Counted from the stretch's first letter, positions 1-9,946 are shown. The stretch: 50,571 nucleotides of DNA from Caldimonas sp. (GCA_035555295.1 DATMGW010000178.1:1-50571); one strand, 5' to 3'. Program-made: numbers and translations. Notes: generated by a model not told the origin, from the letters alone.

Positions 1-16
1 CGGCCGACCGCGCTCG

Positions 17-808
17 TCAGGTGCTCTTCATGTAGCGGTCGCGCAAGGCCTGCGTGCCGCCGCGCAGCACGCCGAGGTCGCTGCCGACGGCGACGAAGCG
101 GGCGCCCATCTGCAGGTAGCGCCGCGCGTCGGCCTCGATCGGCGCGAGGATGCCGAGCGCCTTGCCGACTGATTTGACAGCTTCGAAGATCGTGCCGATG
201 GCGGCCTGCGCTTCGGGGTGATTCGGGTTGTCGAGGTGGCCGATCGCCGCAGAAAGGTCGGCCGGGCCGACGAAGACGCCATCCACGCCGTCGACTGCGG
301 CGATCTCGGCGGCGGCGGCCAGGCCCTTGCGGCTCTCGATCTGCACGAGCACGCAGATCTGCTCGTCGATGCCTTCGAAGTAGCCGTCGACGGTGCCGTA
401 GCGGTTGCTGCGCTGCGAGGTCGAGACGCCGCGGATTCCGGCGGGCGGATAGCGCGTCGCGGCGACGGCGCGGCGCGCCTCGTCGGCGCTTTCGACCATC
501 GGGATCAGGACGTTGTAGAAGCCGGCGTCGAGCAGGCGCTTCAGCTCGACCGCGTTGTTCGACGCCGGTCGCGCGATCGGTGCGCTGGCGCTGTCCTTGA
601 GCGCCATCAGCTGCGGGATGAAGGTCGTCACGTCGTTCGGCGAGTGCTCGCCGTCGAGCAGGATCCAGTCGAAGCCGGCGACGCCGAGCACCTCGGTCGT
701 GATCGGGTTGGCGAGCGAGCACCAGCAGCCGAACAGCGTCTCGCCGTCGAGCAGGCGCTGGCGAAACGAGTTCGGGAACGCGCGGTACGAGGCAGCAGGG
801 GTCGGCAT
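17..808 (-). CDS. garL: 2-dehydro-3-deoxyglucarate aldolase (HpcH/HpaI family)
   Basis: 263 aa; family motifs [15 protein letters not shown] and FVGPADL; N-terminus [10 protein letters not shown] resembles GarL; sugar-acid gene neighbourhood. Confidence 0.88.
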   Translation of the reverse strand: MPTPAASYRAFPNSFRQRLLDGETLFGCWCSLANPITTEVLGVAGFDWILLDGEHSPNDVTTFIPQLMALKDSASAPIARPASNNAVELKRLLDAGFYNVLIPMVESADEARRAVAATRYPPAGIRGVSTSQRSNRYGTVDGYFEGIDEQICVLVQIESRKGLAAAAEIAAVDGVDGVFVGPADLSAAIGHLDNPNHPEAQAAIGTIFEAVKSVGKALGILAPIEADARRYLQMGARFVAVGSDLGVLRGGTQALRDRYMKST

Positions 809-848
809 CGCAGGGCTTTCGTTGCTAGGGGATTTCGTTCATCACCCA

Positions 849-861
849 GTTGTCGTACAAC
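849..861. promoter_or_regulatory. Putative FadR/GntR-family operator GTTGT-CGT-ACAAC
   Basis: Perfect 5-3-5 palindrome about 40 bp upstream of the garL start; fits the TTGT-N3-ACAA style of FadR-subfamily sites. Confidence 0.7.
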
Positions 862-876
862 AACCGCGTCGCACCT

Positions 877-1611
877 TCAGCGCTCGGCCAGGCGCGCGGC
901 GCGGCGGCGCCGCTCGCGGCTGTTCGCGAGGTGGGTGCGCATCGCTGCGCGCGCCGCTTCGCTGTCCTTGGCTGCGATGGCGTCGAGGATCGATCCGTGT
1001 TCGGCGTTGACGCGGCGCAGGTACGCCTGGCGCTCATCGGCCGAAGCGGCCGAGGGGTCGAGGCGAGCCCGCGGAATGATCGCCGTGCCGAGCGTCTGCA
1101 CCAGGCTTTCGAAGTGCGCGTTCTGGGTCGCGCGCGTGATCTCGAGATGAAAGCGGAAGTCGGGGCCGACCGCATCGTGCCCGGCCTCGACGGCGTGCGT
1201 GAAGGCGCCGAGCGCCTGCCGCATCGTCTCGAGGTTGGCGGAGGTGCGGCGCTGCGCCGCGAGGCCGGCCGCCTCGGTCTCGACGCCGATGCGCAGTTCG
1301 AGCATGGCGACGACGTCGCGCAGCGTCGCCAGCTGGTCGGCGCGGATGCGAAAGACGGCCGAGTCGGAGTGCCCGGTCACGAAGGTGCCGACGCCGTGCC
1401 GCGTCTCGACCAGCGACGAGGCCTGCATCTTCGAGAGCGCCTCGCGGATGACGGTGCGGCTGACGCCGAACTCGCCCATCAGGGCCGCTTCGGTCGCCAG
1501 CTTGGCGCCGGGCGCCAGGCGACCGTCGCGGATCCGGTCCGACAGTTCGTCGACGACGCCCAGGGCGAGACTCTTCGGGCGGCGACGTTCGAGCACGGCG
1601 AAATCGTTCAT
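877..1611 (-). CDS. FadR/GntR-family transcriptional regulator (GguR-like)
   Basis: Winged HTH (LATEAALMGEFGVSRTVIREAL...GVGTFV) plus FCD domain (DFRFHLEI, EHGSILDAI); start reassigned to ATG at 1611. Confidence 0.92.
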   Translation of the reverse strand: MNDFAVLERRRPKSLALGVVDELSDRIRDGRLAPGAKLATEAALMGEFGVSRTVIREALSKMQASSLVETRHGVGTFVTGHSDSAVFRIRADQLATLRDVVAMLELRIGVETEAAGLAAQRRTSANLETMRQALGAFTHAVEAGHDAVGPDFRFHLEITRATQNAHFESLVQTLGTAIIPRARLDPSAASADERQAYLRRVNAEHGSILDAIAAKDSEAARAAMRTHLANSRERRRRAARLAER

Positions 1612-1626
1612 GGTTGGCGCAGGATT

Positions 1627-1658
1627 CGCTCGGTTGTACGACATCGGACAACCGAGCG
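1627..1658. promoter_or_regulatory. Inverted repeat / putative GntR operator between regulator and udh
   Basis: CGCTCGGTTGT-N10-ACAACCGAGCG, perfect 11-bp arms sharing GTTGT/ACAAC half-sites with 849-861. Confidence 0.7.
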
Positions 1659-1712
1659 CAAGAGCATTTGCGCCGATTGGCGCTCGCCGCATGTGCGCCG
1701 AACATCGCGACC

Positions 1713-2546
1713 ATGGCGACCGCCCCGTCGACGACTCCGGTTGCGCCCCCGCGCTTCGAGCGACTGCTCCTGACCGGCGCGGCCGGCGGCCTCGGCCGCG
1801 TGCTGCGGCCGCGCCTGAAGCGGCTCTGTCGCGTCCTGCGCGCCAGCGACATCTCGGCGATGGACGCGGCCGGCGCCGGCGAGGAAGTCGTCGTCGCGCC
1901 CTTGCAGGACGGTGCCGCCGTCGACGCACTCGTCGCAGGCTGCGACGGGATCGTCCACCTCGGCGGCGTCTCGGTCGAAGGGCCGTTCGAGCCGATCCTG
2001 CAGGCGAACATCGTCGGCGTCTGGAACCTGTACGAAGCGGCGCGCAGGCACGGAACCAAGCGCATCGTCTTCGCGAGCTCGAACCACGTGACGGGCTTCT
2101 ACCGCCAGGACGAGGTCGTCTCGCCGCTCGATCCGGTGCGGCCGGACGGCCACTACGGCCTCAGCAAGGCCTTCGGCGAGAACCTTTCGCGCCTCTATTT
2201 CGACCGCTACGGGCTGGAGACCGTGTGCCTGCGCATCGGCTCGTCGTTCCCCGAGCCGAAGGACCGGCGCATGCTCGCCACCTGGCTCAGCTACGACGAC
2301 CTCGAGTGCCTGGTCGCAGCAGGCCTGAGCGCTCCCGTCGTCGGCCACAGCATCGTCTACGGCATGTCCGACAACTGCACGACGTGGTGGGACAACACGA
2401 GCGCGCGCCACCTCGGCTTTCGCGCCGAGGACAGCTCCGAGCCTTTTCGCGCCGTGCTCGAGGCAAAGCAGCCGGCGCTCGACCAGCAGGACCCGACCGT
2501 TCGCTTCCAGGGCGGTGCGTTCGTCGCCAAGGGCCCGTACGACTGA
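1713..2546 (+). CDS. udh: Uronate dehydrogenase (NAD-dependent epimerase/dehydratase family)
   Basis: LLLTGAAGGLG Rossmann motif, FASSNH, YGLSK (YxxxK), LRIGSSFPEPKDRRMLATWLS and FQGGAF, all typical of Udh; ATG at 1713. Confidence 0.88.
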   Translation: MATAPSTTPVAPPRFERLLLTGAAGGLGRVLRPRLKRLCRVLRASDISAMDAAGAGEEVVVAPLQDGAAVDALVAGCDGIVHLGGVSVEGPFEPILQANIVGVWNLYEAARRHGTKRIVFASSNHVTGFYRQDEVVSPLDPVRPDGHYGLSKAFGENLSRLYFDRYGLETVCLRIGSSFPEPKDRRMLATWLSYDDLECLVAAGLSAPVVGHSIVYGMSDNCTTWWDNTSARHLGFRAEDSSEPFRAVLEAKQPALDQQDPTVRFQGGAFVAKGPYD

Positions 2547-2565
2547 ACACGACAGGAGACCTCCG

Positions 2566-3564
2566 ATGAAGCTCAGCAGAATTCTCTCGACCCTCGGCGC
2601 CGGCCTCGCCGCGACGTCCGCGCTGCTCGCCCTGCCCGGCAGCGCGAGCGCCCAGGCGACGCTGAGCCTGCGCGCCGCCGACGTCCATCCGCCCGGCTAC
2701 CCGAACGTCGTCGCCATCGAGCACCTCGGGCAAAAGCTCGAAGCCGCGACGAACGGACGCATCAAGCTGAAGATGTTTCCCGGCGGCGTGCTCGGCAGCG
2801 AGAAGGAGATGATCGAGCAGACGCAGGTCGGCGCGATCGACATCCTGCGCACCTCGCTCGGCCCGGTCGGGCCGGTCGTTCCCGACGTCAACGTCTTCAA
2901 CATGCCGTTCGTCTTTCGCAGCGAGGCGCACATGCGCGCCGTGATCGACGGGCCGATCGGCGACGAGATGCTCGCCAAGATCACGGCGTCGCCGGCCAAG
3001 CTCGTCGCGCTCGGCTGGATGGACGGCGGCTCGCGCAGCCTCTACACCAAGAAGCCCGTGCGCACCATGGCCGACCTGAAGGGGCAGAAGATCCGCATGA
3101 TCGGCAACCCGCTCTTCGTCGACACGATGAACGCGATGGGCGGCAACGGCATCTCGATGGGCTACGGCGAAGTCTTCAGCGCCCTGCAGACGGGGGTCAT
3201 CGACGGCGCCGAGAACAACCCGCCGAGCTACTTCACGGCGAATCATTTCGCGACCGGGGCGAAGTACTACACGCAGACGAACCACCTGATCATCCCCGAG
3301 ATCTTCGTCATGTCGAAGGTGACGTGGGACAAGCTCGGGCCGGCCGACCAGGCGCTGGTGAAGAAGTTCTCGCGCGAGGCGCAGTTCGAGCAGCGCCAGC
3401 TCTGGGACGCCAGCGTCGGCGACTACGTCGCCAAGCTGAAGGCGGCCGGCGTCGAGTTCATCGCCATCGACAACAAGCCCTTCTATGACGCGACGGCGCC
3501 GGTCCGCGCCAAGTACGGCGCGCCCTACGCGGAGCTGATCAAGCGGATCGAAGCGACGAAATGA
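2566..3564 (+). CDS. TRAP transporter solute-binding protein (DctP family), probably for uronates
   Basis: AGGAG RBS before ATG 2566; signal peptide; DLKGQKIR and ALQTGVIDGAENN motifs. Confidence 0.92.
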   Translation: MKLSRILSTLGAGLAATSALLALPGSASAQATLSLRAADVHPPGYPNVVAIEHLGQKLEAATNGRIKLKMFPGGVLGSEKEMIEQTQVGAIDILRTSLGPVGPVVPDVNVFNMPFVFRSEAHMRAVIDGPIGDEMLAKITASPAKLVALGWMDGGSRSLYTKKPVRTMADLKGQKIRMIGNPLFVDTMNAMGGNGISMGYGEVFSALQTGVIDGAENNPPSYFTANHFATGAKYYTQTNHLIIPEIFVMSKVTWDKLGPADQALVKKFSREAQFEQRQLWDASVGDYVAKLKAAGVEFIAIDNKPFYDATAPVRAKYGAPYAELIKRIEATK

Positions 3565-4079
3565 AGAAGTGGGTCCCGGCGGCGCTCGACGCGCTGTACC
3601 TGGCCAGCGTCTGGATCGCCGGAGCGGCGATTCTCGTCATGTCGCTGATCATCCCCTGGGGCGTCTTCACCCGCTATGTGCTGGGCTCGGGCTCGGCCTG
3701 GCCGGAGCCGATCGCCATCCTGCTGATGATGGTTTTCACCTTCATCGGTGCCGCCGCCGCCTATCGCGCCGGCTCGCACATCGCCGTGACCTTGCTGACC
3801 GATGCGCTGCCTTCCCTGCTGCGGCGCATGGCCGCCTTCGTCAGCGACGTCCTCATGCTGCTCGTCTGCTTCTTCGTCCTCTGGTACGGCGCGCGCCTGT
3901 GCGCTGGCACCTGGGGCCAGTCGATCGCCGAGCTGCCGTGGCTTCCGGTCGGCGCGACCTACCTGCCGCTACCGATCGGCGCCGCGCTGACGCTCGTCTT
4001 CGTCGTCGAGCGAATGGTCTTAGGCGCGCAGTCCGAACGGCCGATCGTCCGCTACGAGGCAGCGCCGGGCCGCCACTGA
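3561..4079 (+). CDS. TRAP transporter small permease (DctQ)
   Basis: 172 aa, 4 hydrophobic segments, RYVLG..WPE and HIAV motifs; ATGA overlap with the binding protein gene. Confidence 0.9.
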   Translation: MKKWVPAALDALYLASVWIAGAAILVMSLIIPWGVFTRYVLGSGSAWPEPIAILLMMVFTFIGAAAAYRAGSHIAVTLLTDALPSLLRRMAAFVSDVLMLLVCFFVLWYGARLCAGTWGQSIAELPWLPVGATYLPLPIGAALTLVFVVERMVLGAQSERPIVRYEAAPGRH

Positions 4080-4080
4080 C

Positions 4081-5364
4081 GTGGACGCACTCGTCCTCAT
4101 CGGCAGCTTCTTCGCGTTGATGGTGATCGGCGTGCCGATCGCCTACTCGCTCGGCCTCGCTTCCCTCTTCGCAGCGCTGTGGATCGGCCTGCCGCTCGAC
4201 GCCGTGATGATCCAGATCTCCTCGGGAGTCGCCAAGTTCTCGCTCTTGGCCATTCCCTTCTTCGTCCTCGCCGGAGCGATCATGGCGGAGGGCGGCATGG
4301 CGCGGCGCCTCGTCGCCTTCGCGAGCGTGCTGGTCGGTTTCGTTCGCGGCGGGCTGTCGCTCGTCAACATCCTCGCTTCGACCTTCTTCGCCGGCATCTC
4401 GGGATCGGCCGTCGCCGACACGGCGTCGATCGGCTCGGCGCTCATCCCGGAGATGGAGAGGAAGGGCTACCCGCGCGACTTCTCGACCGCAGTCACGGTG
4501 AGCGGATCGGTGCAGGCGATCGTCCTGCCGCCCAGCCACAACTCGGTGATCTATTCGCTCGCGGCCGGGGGCAGCGTCTCGATCGCCGCGCTCTTCATGG
4601 CCGGCGTCGTTCCCGGCCTGCTGCTCGGCCTGACGCTGTCGGTGCTCTGCCTCATCAAGGCGAGGCAGAACAACTACCCGGCCGGCGAACGCATTCCGCT
4701 GCGCCAGGCCCTGCGCATCTGCGGCGAGGCGATGTGGGGCGTGGTGACGATGGTCATCATCCTAGGCGGGATCCTTTCCGGAGTCTTCACGGCCAACGAG
4801 TCGGCGTCGATCGCCGTCGTCTGGGCCTTCTTCGTCACGATGTTCATCTATCGCGACTACAAGTGGCGCGACCTGCCGCGCCTGATCCACCGCACCGTCA
4901 AGACCGTGACCATCGTCATGATCCTGATCGGCTTCGCGGCGAGCTTCGGCTATCTGATGACGCTGATGCAGATCCCGCTCAAGGTGACGGAGTTCTTCGC
5001 CACCGTGTCGAGCAACAAGGCGGTGATCCTGATGCTCATCAACATCATGCTGCTCGTGCTCGGCTGCCTGATGGACATGTCGCCGCTGATCCTCATCTGC
5101 ACGCCGGTGCTGCTGCCGGTCGTCAAGTCGCTGGGCGTCGACCCGATCCACTTCGGCATGATCATGCTGCTCAATCTGGGCATCGGCCTGATCACGCCTC
5201 CCGTGGGCACCGTGCTCTTCGTCGGCAGCGCCATCGGCGGCGTGAAGATCGGCGCCCTCGTCCGGGCGATGGTTCCGTTCTTCGTCGCCATGTTCGTCGT
5301 GCTGATGATGGTCACCTACATCCCGTGGCTTTCGCTCTGGCTGCCGCGGCTGCTCCACCTGTGA
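4081..5364 (+). CDS. TRAP transporter large permease (DctM)
   Basis: 427 aa hydrophobic; LLAIPFFVLAG, ISGSAVAD, IGLITPPVG motifs; GTG start. Confidence 0.93.
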   Translation: MDALVLIGSFFALMVIGVPIAYSLGLASLFAALWIGLPLDAVMIQISSGVAKFSLLAIPFFVLAGAIMAEGGMARRLVAFASVLVGFVRGGLSLVNILASTFFAGISGSAVADTASIGSALIPEMERKGYPRDFSTAVTVSGSVQAIVLPPSHNSVIYSLAAGGSVSIAALFMAGVVPGLLLGLTLSVLCLIKARQNNYPAGERIPLRQALRICGEAMWGVVTMVIILGGILSGVFTANESASIAVVWAFFVTMFIYRDYKWRDLPRLIHRTVKTVTIVMILIGFAASFGYLMTLMQIPLKVTEFFATVSSNKAVILMLINIMLLVLGCLMDMSPLILICTPVLLPVVKSLGVDPIHFGMIMLLNLGIGLITPPVGTVLFVGSAIGGVKIGALVRAMVPFFVAMFVVLMMVTYIPWLSLWLPRLLHL

Positions 5365-5368
5365 TGCC

Positions 5369-6376
5369 GTGACGACGATCGTCTACGTCGCCAACGCCGA
5401 CAGCCACGACATCTCGGTGCTGCGCCTCGACGCGTCGAGCGGCGCACTGGCGCCGCTGCTGGAGGTGCAGGTCGGCGGAACGGTGATGCCGCTTGCCGTC
5501 AGCCCGGATCGGCGCTTCCTCTACGCGTCGATCCGGTCGGACCCGGTTCGCGTCCTGAGCTTCGCGATCGATCCGCTCGACGGTCGCATCGCGGTCATCG
5601 GCGAGAGCCCCTTGCCGGCCAGCATGTGCTGGATCAGCACCGACCGGAGCGGTCGCTACCTGCTGAGCGCCTCCTACGGCGACAGCAGGATCGCGGTGAG
5701 TCCGATCGACGCGGGCGGGGTCGCGCTATCGGCGCAGCAGACGGCGGCGACGGCGCAGAACGCGCACTCCGTGCAGGCCGATCCGGCGAATCGCTTCCTC
5801 TTCGCCGCCTGTCTCGGCGGCGGTGTCGTCCTCGGCTACCGCTTCGAGGCGGCGAGCGGCCGTTTCGCGGTGCTCGATGCGCCCGCGTATCGTGGCCGCA
5901 CGGGTGCCGGCCCGCGCCACTTCGCGTTCCACCCCGCCGCGCCCTTCGTCTACCTGCTCAACGAGCTCGACGCCGGAATCGACGTCCTCGCCTTCGATGC
6001 GGAGCACGGCGCGCTGGCGAGCGTGCAGACCGTCGACACCTTGCCGCCCGGGTTCAGCGGCAAGCCGTGGGCCGCCGACATCCACCTGACTCCGGACGGG
6101 CGCTTTCTCTACAGCAGCGAGCGCACCTCGAGCACGCTCGCCGCGTTCGCCGTCGACGCGGCGACCGGCCGCCTCACGTCTCTGGGGCACGTGCCGACCG
6201 AAGCGCAGCCGCGCGGCTTCGCCATCGATCCCTCGGGGCGTTGGCTCGTCGCCGTCGGCCAGCTCTCGCACCGCCTGAGCCTCCACGCGATCGACCCGGT
6301 CGGCGGCACGCTCGCGAAGCACGCCGACCGCGCGGTCGGACAGAACCCGAATTGGGTCGAGATCGTCGCGCTATAG
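5369..6376 (+). CDS. Lactonase, 6-phosphogluconolactonase/7-bladed beta-propeller family (probable aldaro-lactone lactonase)
   Basis: 335 aa; GPRHFAFHP, AADIHLTPDGRFLY, QPRGFAIDP motifs; last gene of the udh operon. Confidence 0.85.
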   Translation: MTTIVYVANADSHDISVLRLDASSGALAPLLEVQVGGTVMPLAVSPDRRFLYASIRSDPVRVLSFAIDPLDGRIAVIGESPLPASMCWISTDRSGRYLLSASYGDSRIAVSPIDAGGVALSAQQTAATAQNAHSVQADPANRFLFAACLGGGVVLGYRFEAASGRFAVLDAPAYRGRTGAGPRHFAFHPAAPFVYLLNELDAGIDVLAFDAEHGALASVQTVDTLPPGFSGKPWAADIHLTPDGRFLYSSERTSSTLAAFAVDAATGRLTSLGHVPTEAQPRGFAIDPSGRWLVAVGQLSHRLSLHAIDPVGGTLAKHADRAVGQNPNWVEIVAL

Positions 6377-7666
6377 CCGCATCAGCCGCGGCAGCACGAG
6401 GCTGATCCACGGGAACGCGACCAGGATCGCGAGCAGGATGATTTCGGCGAAGACGAACGGAGTGACGCCGCGAAAGATCGTCCGCGTCGTCACGCCCGGA
6501 ATCATGCTCTTGACGACGAACATGTTCATTCCGACCGGCGGGCTGATCAGGCCGATCTGCATGACGACGACGATCAGGATGCCGAACCACACGGGATCGA
6601 AGCCTAGCCCGACCACGAGCGGGAAGAAGATCGGGATCGTCAGCAGGATCACGGAAAGCTCCTCCATCGCCGTGCCGAGCACGACGTAGATGAAGCAGAT
6701 CGCGGCGATGACGGTGAGCGGGCTCAGGTGGTTGTCGGCGACGAAACTCCTCAGGTCGTTCGGCATGCTCGTGTAGTTGACGAAGTTCGAGAAGACGAGG
6801 GCGCCGACGAGGATGATGAAGAGCATCGCCGTCGTTCTTGCGCTGTCGATCAGCACCTCGAACAGCCCGCTCCAGCCGAGTGTGCGGCGCACGAGCGCGA
6901 AGAAGAAGGCGCCGACCGCGCCGACTCCGGCGCCTTCGGTCGCGGTGAAGATGCCGCCGTAGATGCCGCCCATGACGACGCCGAACAGCACGGCGACGGC
7001 CCAGACGTCGCGCAGCGCCTTCAGCCGCTCGCTCCAGCCGATGCGCTCGGCGCGCGGCCCGGCGCCCGGGTCGCGCCAGCACATGTATTGCACGGCAGCG
7101 CAGAGCAGCACCACGGCGACCAGGCCCGGCAGCACGCCGGCGGCGAACAGCTTGCCGATGTTGGTCTCGGTCATGATGCCGTAGAGCACCATGATGGTCG
7201 AAGGCGGGATCAGGATGCCGAGAGTTCCTCCGGCGGCGATCGAGCCGACGGCGAGCTCTTCCGAGTAGCCGCTCGAGCGCATCGACGGATAGGCGACTCG
7301 CGTCATCGTCGCCGCCGTGGCGATCGACGAGCCGCAGATCGCGCCGAAGCCGGCGCAGGCGATCACCGTCGCCATGGCGAGGCCGCCGCGGCGGTGCCCG
7401 ACGAAGGTGTAGGCGGCGCGATAGAGCTCCTTCGACATGCCGGCGCGCGTGACGAAGCTGCCCATCAGGATGAAGAGCGGAACGACCGACAGCGTGTACT
7501 GGAAGCCCGATTCGTAGACCACCGTCGTCGCCGAGGCCATCGAAGGGGCGACGCCGCGCACCCACCACAGGCCGAGAAAGCCGACCAGGCCCATCGAGAT
7601 GGCGATCGGCAGCCTGAGGAACGAGAGCACCAGCATCACGGCCAGCGCGGTCAGCGACTCGGTCAC
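6371..7666 (-). CDS. TRAP transporter large permease (DctM)
   Basis: 431 aa hydrophobic; VVPLFILMG, CGSSIATAAT, GTLGILIPPS, GLISPPVG. Confidence 0.93.
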   Translation of the reverse strand: MTESLTALAVMLVLSFLRLPIAISMGLVGFLGLWWVRGVAPSMASATTVVYESGFQYTLSVVPLFILMGSFVTRAGMSKELYRAAYTFVGHRRGGLAMATVIACAGFGAICGSSIATAATMTRVAYPSMRSSGYSEELAVGSIAAGGTLGILIPPSTIMVLYGIMTETNIGKLFAAGVLPGLVAVVLLCAAVQYMCWRDPGAGPRAERIGWSERLKALRDVWAVAVLFGVVMGGIYGGIFTATEGAGVGAVGAFFFALVRRTLGWSGLFEVLIDSARTTAMLFIILVGALVFSNFVNYTSMPNDLRSFVADNHLSPLTVIAAICFIYVVLGTAMEELSVILLTIPIFFPLVVGLGFDPVWFGILIVVVMQIGLISPPVGMNMFVVKSMIPGVTTRTIFRGVTPFVFAEIILLAILVAFPWISLVLPRLMRL

Positions 7667-8163
7667 TCGAAGCCTTCGGCGATGCTCTTGCTCTCGTCGA
7701 CCGGGTGCGGGACGAAGACGAGGAACAAGTGGATGAGCGCCGTGATGACGAGCATCGCCGCCATAACGTAGACGACCGGCGCGAGCGCGATCTTCAGCAC
7801 GTTGGTCGTGTCGCCGTAGCCGGCGATGCGCTCGGCGCGCAGGAAGATGAGGTAGCCGATCCCGGCGAAGGTCGCCGCGCAGATCACTTCGGCGGCGACG
7901 TCGAGGCCGCGCTTGAAGCGGCGCGAGAAGAACGGATCCAGAGTGTCGATGACAATGTGCTCGCGCCGTGCCGAGACGAGCGGCAGGCCGCAGTAGATGA
8001 GGGCCGCGAGCATGATCTCGGTGATCTCGAAGCCGCCGGTCAGCGGCTTGTTGAAGAGGTAGCGGCCGACGACGTCGACCCCGGTCACGAGCATCATCAG
8101 GAAGAGCACGGCCGCGGCGGTCACGCCGAGAACGCGCTGCAGCCAGATGCCGACGCCTCTCAT
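7663..8163 (-). CDS. TRAP transporter small permease (DctQ)
   Basis: 166 aa from ATG 8163 (MRGVGIW...); DVVGRYLFNKP..GGFE and EHIVID motifs; 4 TM segments. Confidence 0.9.
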   Translation of the reverse strand: MRGVGIWLQRVLGVTAAAVLFLMMLVTGVDVVGRYLFNKPLTGGFEITEIMLAALIYCGLPLVSARREHIVIDTLDPFFSRRFKRGLDVAAEVICAATFAGIGYLIFLRAERIAGYGDTTNVLKIALAPVVYVMAAMLVITALIHLFLVFVPHPVDESKSIAEGFE

Positions 8164-8918
8164 CGCGGTCGGCGTCGCTCGGCGCGTCGTGCCCAGGCGT
8201 CGAAGGTGAGTCCCATGATCCTCTCGCTGCGCAGGAAGTCGCGGGCGCGCCGCGCCTCGCCGGAGTCGATGGGCTTTGCGCCGCCGACCGCCGCCGCGTC
8301 GATCTGCTGCCTGGCCATGCGCTCGATGAAGACGGCGAGGAAGGCCGCTTCCTGCACCGAGCGGCCGGCGGCGAGCAGGCCGTGGTGGGCGAGCAGCATC
8401 GCGTGCTTGTCGGCGAGGGCGGCGGCGATCACCTCGCCTTCGCGGTCGGCCGTCGGCAGGCCCGGCCAGTGCGGCAGGAACGCCAGGTCGTCGAAGAGGG
8501 GCGTCGCGTCCATGTGCGCGACGACGAGCGGCTGCTCCGCCGCGGCGAGTGCCGACGCGGCCGGCGCGTGCGTGTGGACGATCGCGTGCACGTCGGCGCG
8601 GGCGCGATAGACCCACAGGTGAAAGCGCGTCGCCGGATTCGGCTCGCGGATTCCGAGCGACCCGGCACCGGCGAGGACGCGCAACTCGTCGTCGATCAGC
8701 AGCCACGACTTCTCTTCGGCCTCGTCGAAGGCGAGGCCGAGCGGCAGGGTCCAGAACGTTCCGGGATCGGGTCCGCGCGCCGTGAGCTGCCCGGCCAGGC
8801 CGGACTCGTGGCCTTCGTCGGCCAGGATCCAGGCCGAGCGGGTCAGCAGACGGCGCGGGTCGCCGGCGTGCATCGAGACCGGAGTTGTGCGAAGGGCGTC
8901 GTCGTGGCGAGGCGTCAA
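8160..8918 (-). CDS. Class II aldolase/adducin-family protein
   Basis: GLAGQLTAR, PNPATRFH, AIVHTHAP, LLAHHG metal-binding motifs; start is either TTG 8918 (overlapping the upstream stop) or ATG 8873. Confidence 0.85.
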   Translation of the reverse strand: MTPRHDDALRTTPVSMHAGDPRRLLTRSAWILADEGHESGLAGQLTARGPDPGTFWTLPLGLAFDEAEEKSWLLIDDELRVLAGAGSLGIREPNPATRFHLWVYRARADVHAIVHTHAPAASALAAAEQPLVVAHMDATPLFDDLAFLPHWPGLPTADREGEVIAAALADKHAMLLAHHGLLAAGRSVQEAAFLAVFIERMARQQIDAAAVGGAKPIDSGEARRARDFLRSERIMGLTFDAWARRAERRRPR

Positions 8919-9946
8919 CGGCCCGCCGCGACGTTCTTCAGCTCCTCGTGGAACTCGGCATAAGCCTTCGCGCCGTCGACGCCCTTGGCGTTGGCCGACT
9001 GGATCCACTCCTGCGCCAGCGGCGCGGTGAGCCTGCGAACGTCGGCGACGAAGGCCGGGCTCGCTTCGATGATCTGGACGTTCGCCGCCTTCATCGTCTC
9101 GATGCCGATCTTGTCGGCCGCGTCCCAGGCCTTGCCCGCCAGGCGCGCGAGCACCTCGCCCGAGACCGACAGGATCGCGTCCTGGTCCTGCTTCGGCAGC
9201 TTGTCCCACTTGTCCTGGTTCATGAAGAACCCGAACGACGACGAATAGAAGCCACCGGGAAAGAAGGTCGCGTAGTGGACGACCTTGTCGAGGTTGAAGG
9301 ACTTGATCGATTCCGACGGAAAGAAGGTTCCGTCGGCGATTCCCGAGGAGAGGATCTCGTACGACTCGGGTGCCGGCTTGACGAGCGGCGATGCGCCGAG
9401 TGCCTTGGCCGCCGCCTCGGAGATGCCGCCGCCGCTGCGGATCTTCATTCCCGCCAGGTCGGCCACCGAGGTCACGGGCTTCTTCGAAGTGAACATCTGG
9501 CCCGGCCCGTGCGTGAACACGGCGAGCAGCTTGACGCCCTTGTACTCGTTGGCCGCCTGCAGGTACTTCCAGTGGATGCGCGAGTAGGCGACCGAGTTGA
9601 TCTCGGCCGTCGCGCCCGCGCCCGGCAGCTCGGCGAGCAACGGCAGCGGGTGGCGCGCCGGCGTGTAGCTCGCCGTCACGTACGAGACGTCGACGAGCCC
9701 GTCGCGAACGGCATCGAAGGTGCCGGGCGGAGCCGAAGGAGCCTTGGCGAGCATCTGGAACTTGACGCGGCCGTTGGTGGCCTTCTCGACCGAGGCGGCC
9801 CAAACCTGGAGCACGTCCCGGGTCAGCAGGTGGTTCGGGCCGACCCAGCTCGACATCGTCAGCGTCGTTTGCGCCGAGACCGTGAACGGCAACGCAGCGA
9901 GGAGGAGGGTCGCGGCAAGTGCTGCGAAGCGGCGGGGTGAAGTCAT
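8915..9946 (-). CDS. TRAP transporter solute-binding protein (DctP family)
   Basis: GGAG RBS before ATG 9946; signal peptide; ATNGRVKF, DLAGMKIRSGG, YEILSSGIADG. Confidence 0.9.
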   Translation of the reverse strand: MTSPRRFAALAATLLLAALPFTVSAQTTLTMSSWVGPNHLLTRDVLQVWAASVEKATNGRVKFQMLAKAPSAPPGTFDAVRDGLVDVSYVTASYTPARHPLPLLAELPGAGATAEINSVAYSRIHWKYLQAANEYKGVKLLAVFTHGPGQMFTSKKPVTSVADLAGMKIRSGGGISEAAAKALGASPLVKPAPESYEILSSGIADGTFFPSESIKSFNLDKVVHYATFFPGGFYSSSFGFFMNQDKWDKLPKQDQDAILSVSGEVLARLAGKAWDAADKIGIETMKAANVQIIEASPAFVADVRRLTAPLAQEWIQSANAKGVDGAKAYAEFHEELKNVAAGR

